NCBI GenBank assembly: GCA_965235115.1
Contig: OZ249436.1
Coordinates: 36,520,001-36,584,000 of the forward strand
Source of the DNA: Laetmonice hystrix
Lineage: Eukaryota
Direction: 5' to 3'
Length of the DNA stretch: 64,000 bases
The notes under the pieces were generated by a model. That model worked only from the letters and a program-made list of their open reading frames with translations. It was not told the origin of the DNA and did not search any database. This document shows, piece by piece, positions 36,232 through 51,000 of this stretch; within the stretch, counting starts at the first letter, position 1, and each line of letters starts with the position of its first letter. The position numbers were made by a program, and so were the translations under genes.

Positions 36232-36672
36232 CAGGGTTTCCGCCAGAAAATACTTATGGGGGGGGGGGGCCAAAGGCAGGCTGGCAGGGGGGGGTCTGGG
36301 GGCCCTCCCCCAGAAATTTTTTTTCAGGAACTCCGGAGATGCGTTTTCCTGGCCTCTCAGAGCGAGAATCTTCACTAAATCTACCACCAAAAAATCCACA
36401 ATTTTTATGCCAAATACTCAAAATTGGCAGTGACAGCAAACAGAATCATACCAACGTTTTAAATAAATGCATCATTACAATATTATTCGACATCAGAAGG
36501 GAGGACTGTCAGGATTATTCATAGACATTTCGTTGTCAACGTTGAAACTATGTTCAGATACCTTTAAAAAACACTGCTCTGCAGATTGATGGGGGGGGGA
36601 TATCCCCCTCATGTCCCAATCATGGGGGGGATAAATCCCCCCCCGCCCCCCCCCCCTATGTATGAAACCCTG
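36232..36672. mobile_element. MITE with CAGGGTTTC termini and poly-G/poly-C tracts
   Basis: CAGGGTTTC at 36232 and GAAACCCTG ending at 36672, flanked by CACTG on both sides (36227-36231 and 36673-36677). Confidence 0.6.
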
Positions 36673-38544
36673 CACTGAATCCTGGGCCAAGCACGGTCAG
36701 GTTACTTCTGAACTGATGCTATGTTTGAATACTACTGGCATGTGTTATAGTAAGATGACTGTTGCCGCTGTAAAGCCAATTTTCATCAATGTTACAAATG
36801 TTGAACTCATTTTAAACAGTTTTTTTTATGGTGCTTTGGATAGATGGTCTATAAACTGTCCTTTTATTTTAACAATAAGTACAATGCATTTTTATCAAGG
36901 TCTCAGCAACGAGTGTAACGTACATAATTACGGGGTTTGGTCTTACTCTTTAGTCTAACCATTAATGTCACTTATTGAGTTTCCTGTAGGATTTAACCCG
37001 GGGGGGGGGGGGGGTAAAGGACTTAGGAGGGTAGTGTAGGTGTAGGCATTTTTGAAAATAAAGCCAGATATAATATTTTTTTATTTCTGTGTTCAGCTTC
37101 AGGAAATTCATTTTTAAAATCATATGCAACTACCTGTGATCGGTGCAGAAAGTCAACAGCACTGTGATAATTAATACACAAACAATGTCCATATGACAAT
37201 TATCTGGAACACCCAGTAAACTATTATACTATAAGTAGAGCACACTGCCAGTGCCAGATGTTTTCAATTATTCTCAAATTACATCCTGATGATGCAGCCC
37301 CAAAGCTGTTTCTAGTTGCATTACAACCTTACTTACTGGTACAAATTCTTCAATATCTACCAATAGGGCCTAATACCAGTCAAGTGACCTCCATGCTTTT
37401 TAATGTCTCCCCCCCGGGTTTCCCCCAGGATTTTCGAACTGGGGGGGGGGGGGGGGGCGTCAGCAGGAGCAGGACACAGATAAATCAGCAGCAGCCACCC
37501 ACATCACTCGATGAGGTGGGGGGGGGGGGGGATTATGCAGTAAAGTTTGTTCTCCTGCCTATAATAACCACCTGTTTTTTTCCTCATAACTCAGCAAGCA
37601 TTGTAAGAAATTACTCAAAATTTCTCCTAATGATAAAAATTGTCTAAAATGACCCCCCCCCCCCCCACTCAGGATAGTTTGCACCAGCCCCAGGCTAGTG
37701 TTACAATTGATGGCTGTAAGATAGCAGATGTACGCATTCAACTTGTATTTGAAATTTCTGTATCACTTAAAATTAGTGGGGGGATATCTCCCCCTCCCCC
37801 CACACTGCCACAGATCCTGAGTTTCCCCCAGTCTCCCCCTGGCCAAAAGGCAAGTTAGAATGTTGTACACTGAGTGTGTATTATCTATTATTTGCCAGTT
37901 GATAGGTTAATTATGAATATATACAGAAAATGGAAATTACATAGAGTCTAGTCTGCAACCCACATAAAATTTTACTTGAGTAGAGTTGAAGATAATTTGC
38001 TGGTGCACTGGTCAGGTGAGATGGGTGAAGACCCTAACGTTAGAGCCAGTCGGACTGCCATCTACCGGAGAACACACGCACTAAAAGGCTTCTCGGCATG
38101 AACAACCATTTTAGAAAATATGATGGGAAATCTCAGCTTGCATTACCTATCACCAATGATCACATGTGAAGTGTCCTCATAACCTGCAGTCTAGTTAATG
38201 AGTAATACTGATCAGAAACCATTGAACAGATAAACAAATCACTAGTGGCGCCACATGACGGCACTTTGGTGTCATAATTTTGCACATCATCTGTCAAACA
38301 GCGTTGATCATGATGATGTACACACAAATACCCTAAGACTTTGACGAACGGTCATGCCTGTAAATGGTGCGCCAACCATTCTACAATCCGTACTGTCAAC
38401 ATGCTCAGTCATGATGGAAAGGTCAGACTTACTTCGACAAAATATGACCCATCCATCCATGGCCAGCCAGTGTAAACAAATCTGCATGACATGACACCGC
38501 CCGAAACCACTGCTCTAGATATTCAACAAGGACGCATGCGTATG

Positions 38545-38660
38545 TTTTACCTACGTCACTTCCGATAATAATAACTCTGCTGACGCCATTTTGCATCTCA
38601 CCAGTGGCTGGGCGGTGAGAGAGAGCGGGCGTGTTCACTTGCCAGCAGGGCCGCGTAGGA
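38545..38660. promoter_or_regulatory. Candidate core/bidirectional promoter between the two genes
   Basis: CpG-rich segment with TACGTCACTTCCG (CRE half-site overlapping an ETS site), CGCCATTTT (YY1 consensus) and GGGCGG (GC box), 300-400 bp upstream of the furin ATG. Confidence 0.55.
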
Positions 38661-38945
38661 TATAAATCTCTCCGTTTGGCTTTGACTGGATCCCTTTCCC
38701 GTGGCACGATGATCGGTGGTTGTAGGCCTACGGTCATTGGGAACGTGAGGTAGTGCGCTTACACGACGATGTGCCTTCATTCATCCCTCGATGCAGTTTT
38801 ATCACACACGGCAAACTTTAACCCTCACCAAGTGAGTCCAAGCATGAGCCGGGGCGACACAACACACACGCTGTTGGAGTGTAGATAACCGTCGTAAGCC
38901 ACACTGGTGCCTTCGTCTTTTACACTCGGCTGTGGAATTTGTACG

Positions 38946-39098
38946 ATGAAACATTTACTGACTTTGATACTATGTGTGCTCTGGTTTGAGCGATGCTATG
39001 CAGTAGTCTATACGGACACATGGGCGGTTCACATGGAAGGCGGAGAAGAGCGGGCCAAAAGACTGGCCGACAAGCACGGATTCGGATACCTCGGCAAG
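38946..39098 (+). CDS. FURIN: Furin coding exon 1: signal peptide and start of prodomain
   Basis: 153 bp, acgATG start, hydrophobic core LLTLILCVLWF, YTDTWAV and KHGF.YLGK motifs, AAG|GTAGGC donor in phase 0. Confidence 0.92.
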
Positions 39099-42000
39099 GT
39101 AGGCAAGGCATTCCGGCAGGGTGACCGGTCGCCGTGCGGGTCGTGATCAGGGGGCGGAGCTCGCGCAGCGCACGGCCTGACACCGTGCTGGGGCAGTGTT
39201 AGGACTTCGAGTTTTCACTTGTTACCGTCATCGTAAATCTGAATATTATTAATTTATAATAATTATTAAAGTGTTAATGGTAAATGATACTAAAATGTCT
39301 AAATTAGTAATTGCTAGATTCTACTATAGTCTATAATTTCTAGTATTAAAATTGCAAGAACAAGCACAAGGTTGATACTTGAGTTATGATTGCTACTACT
39401 TCATGATTGTTATGCCTACATGAATGCTATTCTAATGATCGATGTATTCTATAACAGTATTACTGTCTAAAGTTAAAGGTATTATGTCATGAATTTCAAA
39501 TAATACGTCGTGTTTCAGCAAAATTATATCTGCATTCTGGTTCTCCGATATGCCCCAAAGGTCCCCTACCTATTTATGTAGCTTTGGCCGGTGTTTTGTA
39601 AAAAAATCGCCAATTCTTATTGCGGTCACTGAAAATGACACACTTAGATTCCGAGACCCTGGGATTTGCAGTCGGGTGTGTTTTGCATCCTTTTCACACG
39701 ATCGGCGGGTGGGCCATTATAGTCACCTGTTTACATCTCTAGTAATCACAGTGAGAGTCGCATGGTCATGGGACCCGTTCAAACGATTCGCGGCAGCCAA
39801 AGGGGGCCAAAATGGCGGATTCATCACATTTTGCGGACACTGCAGCTAGTTTATTCATTTTTCTACATTAGGGAGAATTTCACAGCTGTCTACTCATAGT
39901 ATGTGTTAACAGAATCAATATGAAAAACAATCAGTGCCATAAAGTACGTCAGTGGTGAGCAGGTAAGCAGAAAACTGAAGATTTCGGTCGATACCCCCCT
40001 TGACATATTTCCTTTAAGGAGGCCTAATCGGCAAGCCTGCCAGGGCTATGAACATTTTTTGTTATTTGACTAGCTATGTATATTTTTTTTATATTGTTTA
40101 TCAAGTCATCTGATTAACAATGTCCTCAAAGACCTTGTACCGCACCCTCCGGACAGAGATCGTTCCTTTCATTCAATCTCTGCCACACATTGGGTACTGC
40201 CGTTTGAGTGACCCCTGACCTGACCTAGAAATCCCCACTGGGACAGCCGAACATTGCCGATCTCGAATTATGGCTGCTCGATTTTGCTGAGGCAATCTGG
40301 TTTTTTAATTTTAAGGCGCACACATAAAACATACAAATCTTCAGAGAAATCATCTACAGCTGCTAATAGTATAGTGCTATGTTGGAACGGAAACACTTAG
40401 AATAGTATTTCGAATCATCCCATAAATGGCCAACCGACTTGCAACTAGCTGATTTCCCTCCGCAAATGTAGTTCCTAATATCTTCATCAGGTATTTCTCT
40501 TGAACAGTGAATGTCACTTGGTATAATCTCGGTTTTGGGATTTAAAGGTACGTTAAATTTTACAGATACCATACAAAACGACCGACTTTGCAAAAACGAG
40601 GTTAAACGCACAGGGGCCCTATTTTGCCCGTAAAAAGTCGTGTGGCAGAGGGGTAGTCGAGCGAGCCCCTCTGCATTATGGGAGATTGCTTGTACCCTAC
40701 TAGATTCATGATTACTGGTAGTTATACTAACAGTTCCAAACTCAAAATGGGCATGTCTTACTAAGCCATGGTCTGGTTATTAACAATATTAACTTCAGTT
40801 TATATAGGAATGCATAAGAAATTTTAAGACTAAGATTAAAGATGGTAAATGTCTTATGCAAGGTGGCGTGCCTGCATGCTCTGCTCTGGTTCCCTGTTTC
40901 TCACTCAGAGGCAGGGAACCAGCCAGTGACAATTGTCAATTGGTGCAGCTTTTTCCTTGTTTTGAGGTCAAAAAAGTAGCTTTTGAAAAATGATGAAATA
41001 TAAGGCGGCGAAAATCGAGGCAGGCGGTCTATGTCTCTATTATAATCAGAATCTCCTCATCAAAACAAAAAATTAATTTTAACCAGCCTAGTGACGATCC
41101 CATTAATGATTAATCAGCTAGGCCTCCCATTCACGGCCAGGTAAATTTTTACCAGACCTTTGTAAAACAGACCCAGGCCAGGGCCCTCATCGTTTTGTTA
41201 AATGGTTATAAGTTATGAACTACAATTGTGAGTGCTTTGAACGGACTGTTAAAAGGACAATGTTATTTTGGATTTGACTACCCACAGTTGAGGTCATATA
41301 ATATTGTACACATCTACCTTGAGATGTACCAGCTGTAATAAGCGTTTGAAGCTTCTGCAGTAATCTTGGGACCGAGGTTGAATTCTAGTAGCTAGGACTA
41401 TACACCTTTTCTTTTTCCGGACAATTTTTTGATCTGAAACTGAAACTGTGCCCAGTGCAGTGAAACAAGGAAGCAACCAGGCAGCTGTTTCTAGTTTTTA
41501 TAAATTTATGAAGACAAAATAAAAAACGACTTCACTAATTGTAGCGTTCATGACTGTAGTTAGTACCCGTATGTACATATATCTGTAATCTGAGTATTAT
41601 TAATGATTCCAATTTGCCCTAAGAGGATATGCAAATGCTAATGCAAATAAGTACACATACAATGCATGATTCTGCCTGAGCCCTCTTTTCCTGAGTTTTC
41701 ATGCATAGAGCCAGCTACTTTACAACTACATGATTATTGATAATGTCGGACAGAATTGATGGAGCTTTGTAAGGCAGTAAGTGCCTTCAGACTACTAATA
41801 GTAGAGGATGATGGCCCTGCAGCCAGCTGGATTGTGTAAGCCCAGGCTCCGACTGGAAGCTCACACATGCTGCACATGGTCAGCAATGACTGTCTGGTTG
41901 ATACCTTATTTCTGAAGAGGGTCAATCCAGACCAAGTTTAGAATGTGTTAACTGTGGCGATTCTATCCAAGTCTAGGCTTATAACTGTACACCAGTTGTC

Positions 42001-45000
42001 CGGAGGCCAGCAACAAACAAATTCTCCTTTCTGTAATTTGTGGTGCAGAGTGATGGTTATAGGTTAGAGGGCATCATGATAATAAGCCAAGCCCCTAGAG
42101 ACATATACCGTTGGGCTTGTCCGGCCAATGGTATATAGGTGGCCAATCGGCGGCTGACCCATTGTGACCATGGTAAGGGAAATTACATATATATATGTTA
42201 TATATTTTGAGCTAGAGTACCTAACTTAAAGGGGCACAATTTTTTGATTGACTTTGTCTTTGTGCTTTTCTATATCATAGCATAAAGAGGTCCGAAATAA
42301 ATATTCCTGTCCTGGAATATGGCGGAAAATAGCATTGATTGGCCTGTAATTAAACCAAAGGCAGCCCCCAAAGTGAACGAAATTCAGTCTTTAAGGATTG
42401 ACTAGTCTTGTAGAGGGGGTGTGGCCCCATGTGACCCCGTTGGAAGTTATGCCATTTCTCGGTCAAGATAACAGTTTTCACCCAAATTTTCTTGCCTTTT
42501 TAGAATGCCGCACAAATGATTCAAAAGCTATTTGAAGTGTGATTCGTCCGATTGTGCCCCTGAGAGTTGTGGAATGTGTCTTGGTGATATTCACAAGCAG
42601 TCTGGTGTGTTTGGGATACTGTGGGTACATAACCTTCACGATGATAGGGATACATCTGGCCTTTTCCCCAATCTCGTGTACAGGTGTCAATCTACACACG
42701 TACAGTTTCGGTTACAGAGGAATATTTTCAGAAACACAAACAAGTATTAAAATTAGTATTCTACTCAATACATTTTCAATGAATACAGCCCAGAAAGAAA
42801 ATGAAAGAACTAGTTTGTCACTGAAACTCACACTCACACATACTTTGTTTCCCTACCACTAACTATATAATAGTGTGTTAAGACTTCAGAGGCTACCGAT
42901 ATGTCATTAATTAGAACCAACATCTGCACAGCAAACCTATGGCCTATTTCCTCTCATCAAGCATTAGCTGATAAGACTCAGTGTCAAGTAATGTAGTATG
43001 GCTTCTTCGACTAAGCCGTGCACTTCTTTCTCCATGTACATTTTGAATCCTACAGGCCTCATAGCACAACATGTCAGTTAGTGAGTTCAGTGCAGAGTAA
43101 TTTTCTTCATACAATATCGAAATACTTGTAATCAAAAGTTTTAAAACTTATTAATTTTGTTAGTTAAAAATTTATATTATAATATATTGACCAATTAAGG
43201 AGTACTGGCCAGGACGGTTCCAGTTAAAACCACTGGTCAAAAGCGGGGGTGGTTTTGACCGGTCAACCTTGGATAGAAGAACTCTGCTGTCGTGTGCCAT
43301 GGTAATGGTTCTGTTGACACCAAGACTTTGTATATAAGAAATTGAAACATGACATTCCTTGGTAATGAGTCCAGGATATAAACCTGAAATGCTGCTACCT
43401 GAGAGTCATTTTGCTATGGCTACCATGCACGTCAGTGTTTCTGTGCCTGTGGCATTTTTCATGTACACAGGTTTACCGACTACTTTAGACGGCATGTTGA
43501 ATAAAGAATGTGGCCTGTGAAATGAGTGGTGCTTTCATTATGCAGTCAGAATGCATGACATAAATGGTAGCAGATACAATTGTAGACCTATGATTAGTGT
43601 GCTGCGAGATACACAATGTATCAGCACATCAACTCGACGTTTGCCTCTTCCTTGGTGCTTGATTGGCTAGTTGCCACTGAAATTGAAAATATTACTTTTT
43701 CTCTTAACTCTTAGACTGATTTGTTTGAATCATATTTGAAAAGTATACACATGTTTAAAACTAAAAGAACCGTACTTAATGTAAGGCTAAAATTGTAAGC
43801 TAAAATCGTTGCCTGTTGATTCTACGGTTCTCACCTATCCTCCCAGTAGACACCAAACAGGTAATTGCATAAAAAGATACAATAATGAGAATAAGACCAT
43901 CGAATGGCCAGAGGAGCGGCATTCTGGTAGCAAAGTCTACCAAGTGTTTTAGCATTTGGATGGTGGTTTGGTATTCCTTCGGAATTACTCTATTTGTGTG
44001 ACCGAAGATTAGAAAATAGGTCCTGGAGAACTTCACTATAAGATATTGGAACTGGATATTTGCAAGACAGACCTAACGTAAGTTAAGCTGGTCTACAAAA
44101 ACAAAAGCAGAAACACTTTACTTTAAAATAGAATTAGACCGAGCACTAATCTTTTCAAAGTAAGTGTGGATATAGCCTACTATGATTTTAGTATTTCTAC
44201 TATACATGGAGAATCAGATTGACAGTGACATCCCACGTTTTCCTGTTGGCAGTGGTTGATCCAGAGCTGCAGGTCTGTAGCATTAACATCGGACTCATTT
44301 CGTTTAATTAAGTGACATACATGTTATTGTATACAGTAGGTAAGTGGTACTTCTGCCAGTTCACTATGACGTATGGTGGGTCAGTTGGTCTAATGATTGA
44401 ACCGACAGTTGAGTTGTGGAATGAAAAAATAAGAAAGTTTTTTTCAGTGGCCAACCTCCAGTAAAATGATCCTTTGAAATTAGGTCAGAGCAGGCCTTTA
44501 AGTTTAATTATACTGTGGATGATTAAGATGGAATGGTGCCGGTATGTAAGCAAATCTGAGTTTGGCAGCTCTTCATCTACGGTACATTCAGCCGTCTGAT
44601 ATTGAGAAGTGAAATTGTATTGGCAGTGTGATTCCTTATCCTTTCGGGTGTTCTTGTGTAAAAGTCTATCAGTACAAAAACTGTGAGATGAATCAGATTT
44701 ATAACTGATTGTTTCTTTCATATTATGCTATGCTATACTAGTCATTGTATACTTAACGTTCAACGGTTGGTACACGTGTTATTACACATACAAAGTGGTC
44801 CCCTTGGCATGGTAGCCAGCACACTTCAGCAAATGATACATCCATTACTTGGGGAAAATTGAGAAGGGAGGACTGACCCCAACAAGGGTGAAACATTTAC
44901 CAGGCCATCCATTACATTCACCAAACATATTCAATACTTGCCCTATTGCATGAATGAGCCATATTTTGTAACCACAATTGCTGTGGTTGAGTGTCGGGGT

Positions 45001-48000
45001 GGTTGGTTATTTTATGGTTATTGTTTTTTGTTCTGTTCCCTCCGCCCGTATTTTTTCGCACAGGCATGAGAGACCTCGGAGTTGATAAAGGGGTCGGTGT
45101 ATGTCGTGTAAGTGGCTCTGCCTGATGGAATGGCCGTGGTCAGCGAGCTGCTGTAGATTGATTACCAACCTGTGGAGGCCAATGGCTTTTTGATAATCAT
45201 ATGGCTGTCTGGCAACAAGTCCCACCATCATGAACACTGCTTCCCTTATGCGGTTCACCCCAGTGCCAAATGTCTTGGTTATTTAGCCTCTAAAAAAAAG
45301 TTCTTCTAGAAGTTATTTATTGTGCAATATGAACAATATAGGCAAGATATATTGCGTGACTATTTCACTTGAACAAGTAGTTCGGAAAACAATCCAAAAC
45401 GTTGTTATACTTAGGTAGACATAGTTTCACTTTTAGATATCCATGTGAGAAGGAAAGTAATTCAGTCAAAGAATATAAATTATTTGTATAAATTTTGTTT
45501 GAAATTATTCAACATTTTATTGAGAGAAAGACACAAGACTTAAAGGTTTTCTGTCGCTCCGATATAGTGTGCCAGAATCTTATCAGAGACTTTGAAGCAG
45601 TAACAATGTGACCTATCCAATGGGAGTGGGATCATGCCCTTACCATACACAATGCTGATTATTTAATGCATCACGCCGGTCGATGGGGGTGCGGTGGGGA
45701 GGTTACTTACCCTTTGTTAGATCCCCAGTATATTCACACATGTACACAGTCAAGGTGGGAGCTCCCAGTGCACATAGATTATTCAGGACTCTAACAGAGC
45801 GTTACCATGCCGCGGGTGATAAATTTCATTACGAGTGGCCCCGAAATGAACCGAGGGGCCCCGATCTAGGCGGTGGCAGGGAGATGGTGTCCGTAATACC
45901 GACTGACACAGATTAACGATGTCCAGCTTCGCTCGTTGGAACGTTTTGCATCCTGCACATGCCAACCACAATCCTGCATCAGGATCCTGTTTCCAGGCAG
46001 ATCTTCAAAGCCGTCCGACCCTAATGAGCCAGAAGCACCTACTGACCTTTAACCCAGATTCCAGGCCTTACTCGCTCAAGGGGAAGCCAGACCCCAGGGA
46101 TTCTGTCTCACCCAGCAGGGGTTTATGTTGGTGTACTCGGGTTCCCTGTGCTGTGGTCACTGTTGGTCAGCATCAGACAGTATATATGTGGCACTATGAG
46201 GCCTACAGGAGTTCTATGTTCTTCACCACCAAACATATGTTTCCAGTTTACGGCATGTGGCCAGAAAGAAAACCCAGTCTCCCACCCATCTCCTGTGGTA
46301 CGTTTATATGCCTCGTTAACTCAACAAAGTTCAGATGGTGCTCAGAGTCTCGAGTCAGTTTGAGTCATAATTGCTGAAATTGGGTGTGAGTACCAGGCGA
46401 CGTACTTGCTCAAAATCAGGTGGAGATATTGGGTGGCTCAAAGCAAAGTCAGGGGAGATGAGACAAACGTTTATAGGCCATGATGAACAATTGCTGAAAA
46501 CCAGGTGGGTATTTAGATCAGCTGTCGTTCTTGCATACCTGTTAAATTGTACCTGATGTGCAGTGAATTATCCGAGAATAAACCCGACTGATCCAAGCTT
46601 ATAAAACAGTGGAACCGCGCTGCCATCCTGGTGGTGGAGTATGTATGTGGAAGTCTGGAGTCATTTTCCTGTAGATTGCCTCTCCGCGGTTATTGGGTAT
46701 TGCTGACAATCTAATTTTGTTTTATCAGGTATGTGTTCATTAGGCTGAACGATGCGGCGTGCAGCACCCCCGACAGTGTCACCGGTGCCAAGTACTGCCT
46801 GTCAGCCGCCAACAGCGCCTTTCATTTATCGAAAAAAAGCAACGTCATCATTTCTCTTATCAATAAGGGAAACTCAAAGGAGCTTTCAATATACTCTACC
46901 TTTAATAGTTTTAATAAAATATAATGGAAGGAAGGAAAAGGATGGAATATCTCAAGTAAATTTACGTCTTTCACGTAACCGTTTCTTCCAACCAAGAATG
47001 GAAAGGAAAATATAGGAATACATGTAAATATAAAACCAAATATCAAAAGATATCCGGCCGTACCAGTTCATGTTTGTAAAGTGTTGAAATACGACCACCT
47101 TTGCATCCAGATAAGTGTGATCAGTATAGGGATGTGGTTGGGATGTTAGCTCAGGCAGTGTTACTAACCATTGTCTACCACGTCCTGGGATTCAGCATTC
47201 GCTGAGATTGGACGGGAGGTTAGTTAGCAGGGTAGAGAAGGAGGTGTGGTAGGGGTGTCAGAAGGTGTCATGGTACGACGTCCGACAACCCCCATCTCAG
47301 AACGGTCTGTATCAGCTAGACCAAAGAAACCGGTGTCCATCACGGTGCCCGTGCCATCCCATTGTGCCACAGGCCTGTGGGGGTTGACAGACGGGGACGT
47401 ACGGGGGTTGGCATGGTCGTGCACCGAGTCCCACCGGTCGATTGGTGCGGGGTGGTCAACCGCCCCGTACCCCCTGCGTCTGGCCAGCGGACGTCGACTC
47501 TCGTGCCACCACGTGCTCAGCACGCCGACAAATGATGACCCACCCACTGACAAAATGACACCATCAAAATAGACACACTTCGGTATACATCGCTTCACTG
47601 GCAATTATGTCTTTTGGTTCAAGGCTGTCTTCTGCATCGGTTACCTATTTAATCAGGATCTATTTTCTAATATTTTCATCCGAATTCTTGAAGTTTGTTT
47701 TCAAAGGTATCTTGCAATGGACAAGTAGAATTTTGTAAAGAAGTGGGCGGGGTTGAACATTCAACTCTTTGAACTGGACCACCTTGGGTGTTGAGAAGGA
47801 AATGACCTCCCATCTAGAGATATACATTGAATGGCTTCAAGTGTTGTCGTAAGGCAATCTTAGGGGTGTGTTGGTACAACCTGATGTGAAGAGGAAGGGC
47901 CTGGTACTGGTGGGCTCCGGCCACAAGCTGTCAGTTTCAAAGTTTTTCGTCTCGCCTCATAAAGCAGCCTTAACAGGTTTCCTTTGGATCGGAACAGGCC

Positions 48001-51000
48001 GCCCATGTCATTTTTGCGTAGAGACAGTTTCGGCTTAGATAGTGTCCAAGATTGCTCTCTAGACCGTGATTTTCGTCATCCTCACTGACCGGCAAGTCGC
48101 ACTTTATGCTGGTGATCTTAGCAGTGAATCGGAGCGCTTACGGCGGCGGCCTGTCCAGTGATTGTCAATGTTCAGCACCAAGATCCGTACAGTCTCTTGG
48201 TGCATAGATCCGTACAGTCTCTTGGTGCATAGCTATGACTTCCGTACATACATACACAGGCTTGTTGAATAAGACATGACTACGTGAGTGGTTTGTCCCC
48301 TCTGAGACGTTCAGTGATTACCGCTGGCTGGAGACCACCTTCATGATGGCAAGTTTATGGGACGGTTGGAGCGAGTCGGCAATAATGTTAGTGCACAAAT
48401 CAATGAACAATAAGTTTTGGACGATAGTATTAGGCGGAGTTTGACCAATCCCAAGATGCTAAAATGTATTCGTTTGTACTGCTATAAATAAATGTGGAAT
48501 GGGCGAATAAAGATGAACTGTTGTGATGTTGCGACGACAACTTAGGCAATAAAAATACGTTTTTTAGAGTTTACTTCTGCTGTACAAATTTGCACGTGCC
48601 TATGCAATTTTTAATTTGAAATTTCTTTATTCTCTTAAATTAATCCGTCTGCTTGAGACACTGATACACTGAGACACTGATAGGTACAAACCACACTAGG
48701 ATTATATGCCCAAGTACAACATTCACGAAAATCAAATCATAAAGACCATTTGGCAAGAAGTTGTTAGTTGAAAAAGTGCAATATAGACACTATCTCACAG
48801 AACCCAACTACATAATGTTGGGTCCATAAGCCCGTTATATACATTTATGATACACATACATTTAGTTATATAAATGTACATACACATTCAAAGGTACGTA
48901 GATACATGTACTCGTAATTACAAATTCTCTGTTATCAGTTATATAATCCCATTCTATTGGGACGCTGTTCACAAGTATAATTAGTGTGGTCTTTTCAAAA
49001 TATGCCTTTTGTAGGAAATTTTAAATGAATCTACAGATTGAGATGCTCTTAGTGGATTTGGAATAGTATTCCGTACTATCACTCCATAATAACGTATACA
49101 GCGTTGCGCTAAACCACTTATACATATTGGTGGGTGTTACAACTTTGCCTTGTAGACTAGGAATGAACCTCCAGATTCGTTTTAAACATATTACCAAAAT
49201 TTGCTAAGTCCTCATGATTATACTTTTACATAAATATTGCCGTTACATATTCGTGGATTTCATAAATATCTAATAGTCGATTCTGTTTAAATAATTTAAA
49301 AGTATGAGCCCAATAAGGAGAACACGTTATAATGCGTATTATTCTTTTCTGAAGCTTTTTATTTGACTCAGAGATGTTTTGTATGTGTTCATGGCCCCTA
49401 GCCAATATCATCAGCCGCGTCTGAGCATTGGGGCTGATAGACACGCCATGAAAAAAAAATGGAAATGCGTCCTTAGCCTCCCCAATGCAGCTATTACATC
49501 AGTTTGTTAGATATCATTCTTAGCTTTCCCGGAAACAACGTTTGGGGGCCTGGAGACAAATAAAACATAGATGATGGCAAATATTATTGGGTTAGCGGTG
49601 AGGTCAAGAAAGTTTACTCCGCCATCTTATCATTGCTACCGGAAGTGGCGTGATCCAAAGAATATTCAAACGGGTACTGTTCATCTCTCGCTGGAAGGCT
49701 AAGAGATGACTGTTTTCTCTAGTGTTCCTCCAGATTATGTTACAGTACTGCTGTAAATAAAGTAAGAATGAGCAATTTGAGATAATTTGTTTGATCTATG
49801 TTCAAGGAAAAAGCAAAAAGAAGCGGAAATGAGTTTACAGCAATATCTGCAAGGTCATTAACATAGAGGAAAAAAAGAGGGGTTCTAAAATTGCTCCACG
49901 TGGTACAGCGCATTTTATTGTAGAGGTTTTAGATTTTATACCAGAATAGGAAGCAAATTTATTAAGTACCTGTAATCTTTGAACCAATTTAAAGCTACAT
50001 ATCTCTTATGCCATACCAATGCAAATTGGCTTTAGTATACTATGGCCGACGGTATCAAATGCCTAGGAGAAGACGAGGAAGATCCCTATCACGGCATCTC
50101 TTTGATCCAGTGCTTCCGATACACGATCAACTAATGTTAAAAGTGCCATACATGTAGTAAATTTCTGGCGTAAACCAAACTGATAATCATACTAATGTTG
50201 AAAGTGCCATATAAAAGTAGAAAACTTCTGGCAAAATGTTCTGAAAAAAACGAAACTGATCATATACCTGTACACATAGTAGCTTATGTTTATTAAGAAG
50301 GGCTAGCAATCGATTATGTATACATTAATCCTTCCAATATTGTTGATATTATCTCAGAAAAAATTGCCATTTGAGAAAAATGCCATGGAGGTTGCTCGCG
50401 GATGACCAAATTGAGAACACATAGATTCAAGGATAACGTAAGGATGGAGGAATGCAGTGTGGCCCATTATGGCGAGGTTGTAGAGATGAGGAAAGATTCA
50501 AGGATAACCTAAGGATGGAGGAATGCAGTGTGGCCCATTATGGCGAGGTTGTAGAGATGAGGAAAGATTCAAGGATAACCTAAGGATGGAGGAATGCAGT
50601 GTGGCCCATTATGGCGAGGTTGTAGAGATGAGGAAAGATTCAAGGATAACCTAAGGATGGAGGAATGCAGTGTGGCCCATTATGGCGAGGTTGTAGAGAT
50701 AAGGAAAGATTCAAGGATAACCTAAGGATGGAGGAATGCAGTGTGGCCCATTATGGCGAGGTTGTAGAGATGAGGAAAGATTCAAGGATAACCTAAGGAT
50801 GGAGGAATGCAGTGTCGCCCATTATGGCGAGGTTGCAGAGATGAGGAAAGATTCAAGGATAACCTAAGGATGGAGGAATGCAGTGTGGCCCATTATGGCG
50901 AGGTTGTAGAGATGAGGAAAGATTCAAGGATAACCTAAGGATGGAGGAATGCAGTGTGGCCCATTATGGCGAGGTTGTAGAGATGAGGAGAGATTCAAGG

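Noticed and set aside
41905..41945. CTGAAGAG-GGTC-loop-GACC as a Penelope-type hammerhead
   Set aside because: The required GAAA after stem II is absent and flanking stems are not evident.
47224..47604. Overlapping 108- and 126-aa ORFs in a GC-rich patch
   Set aside because: No recognisable domain or splice context; ORF length is explained by high GC.
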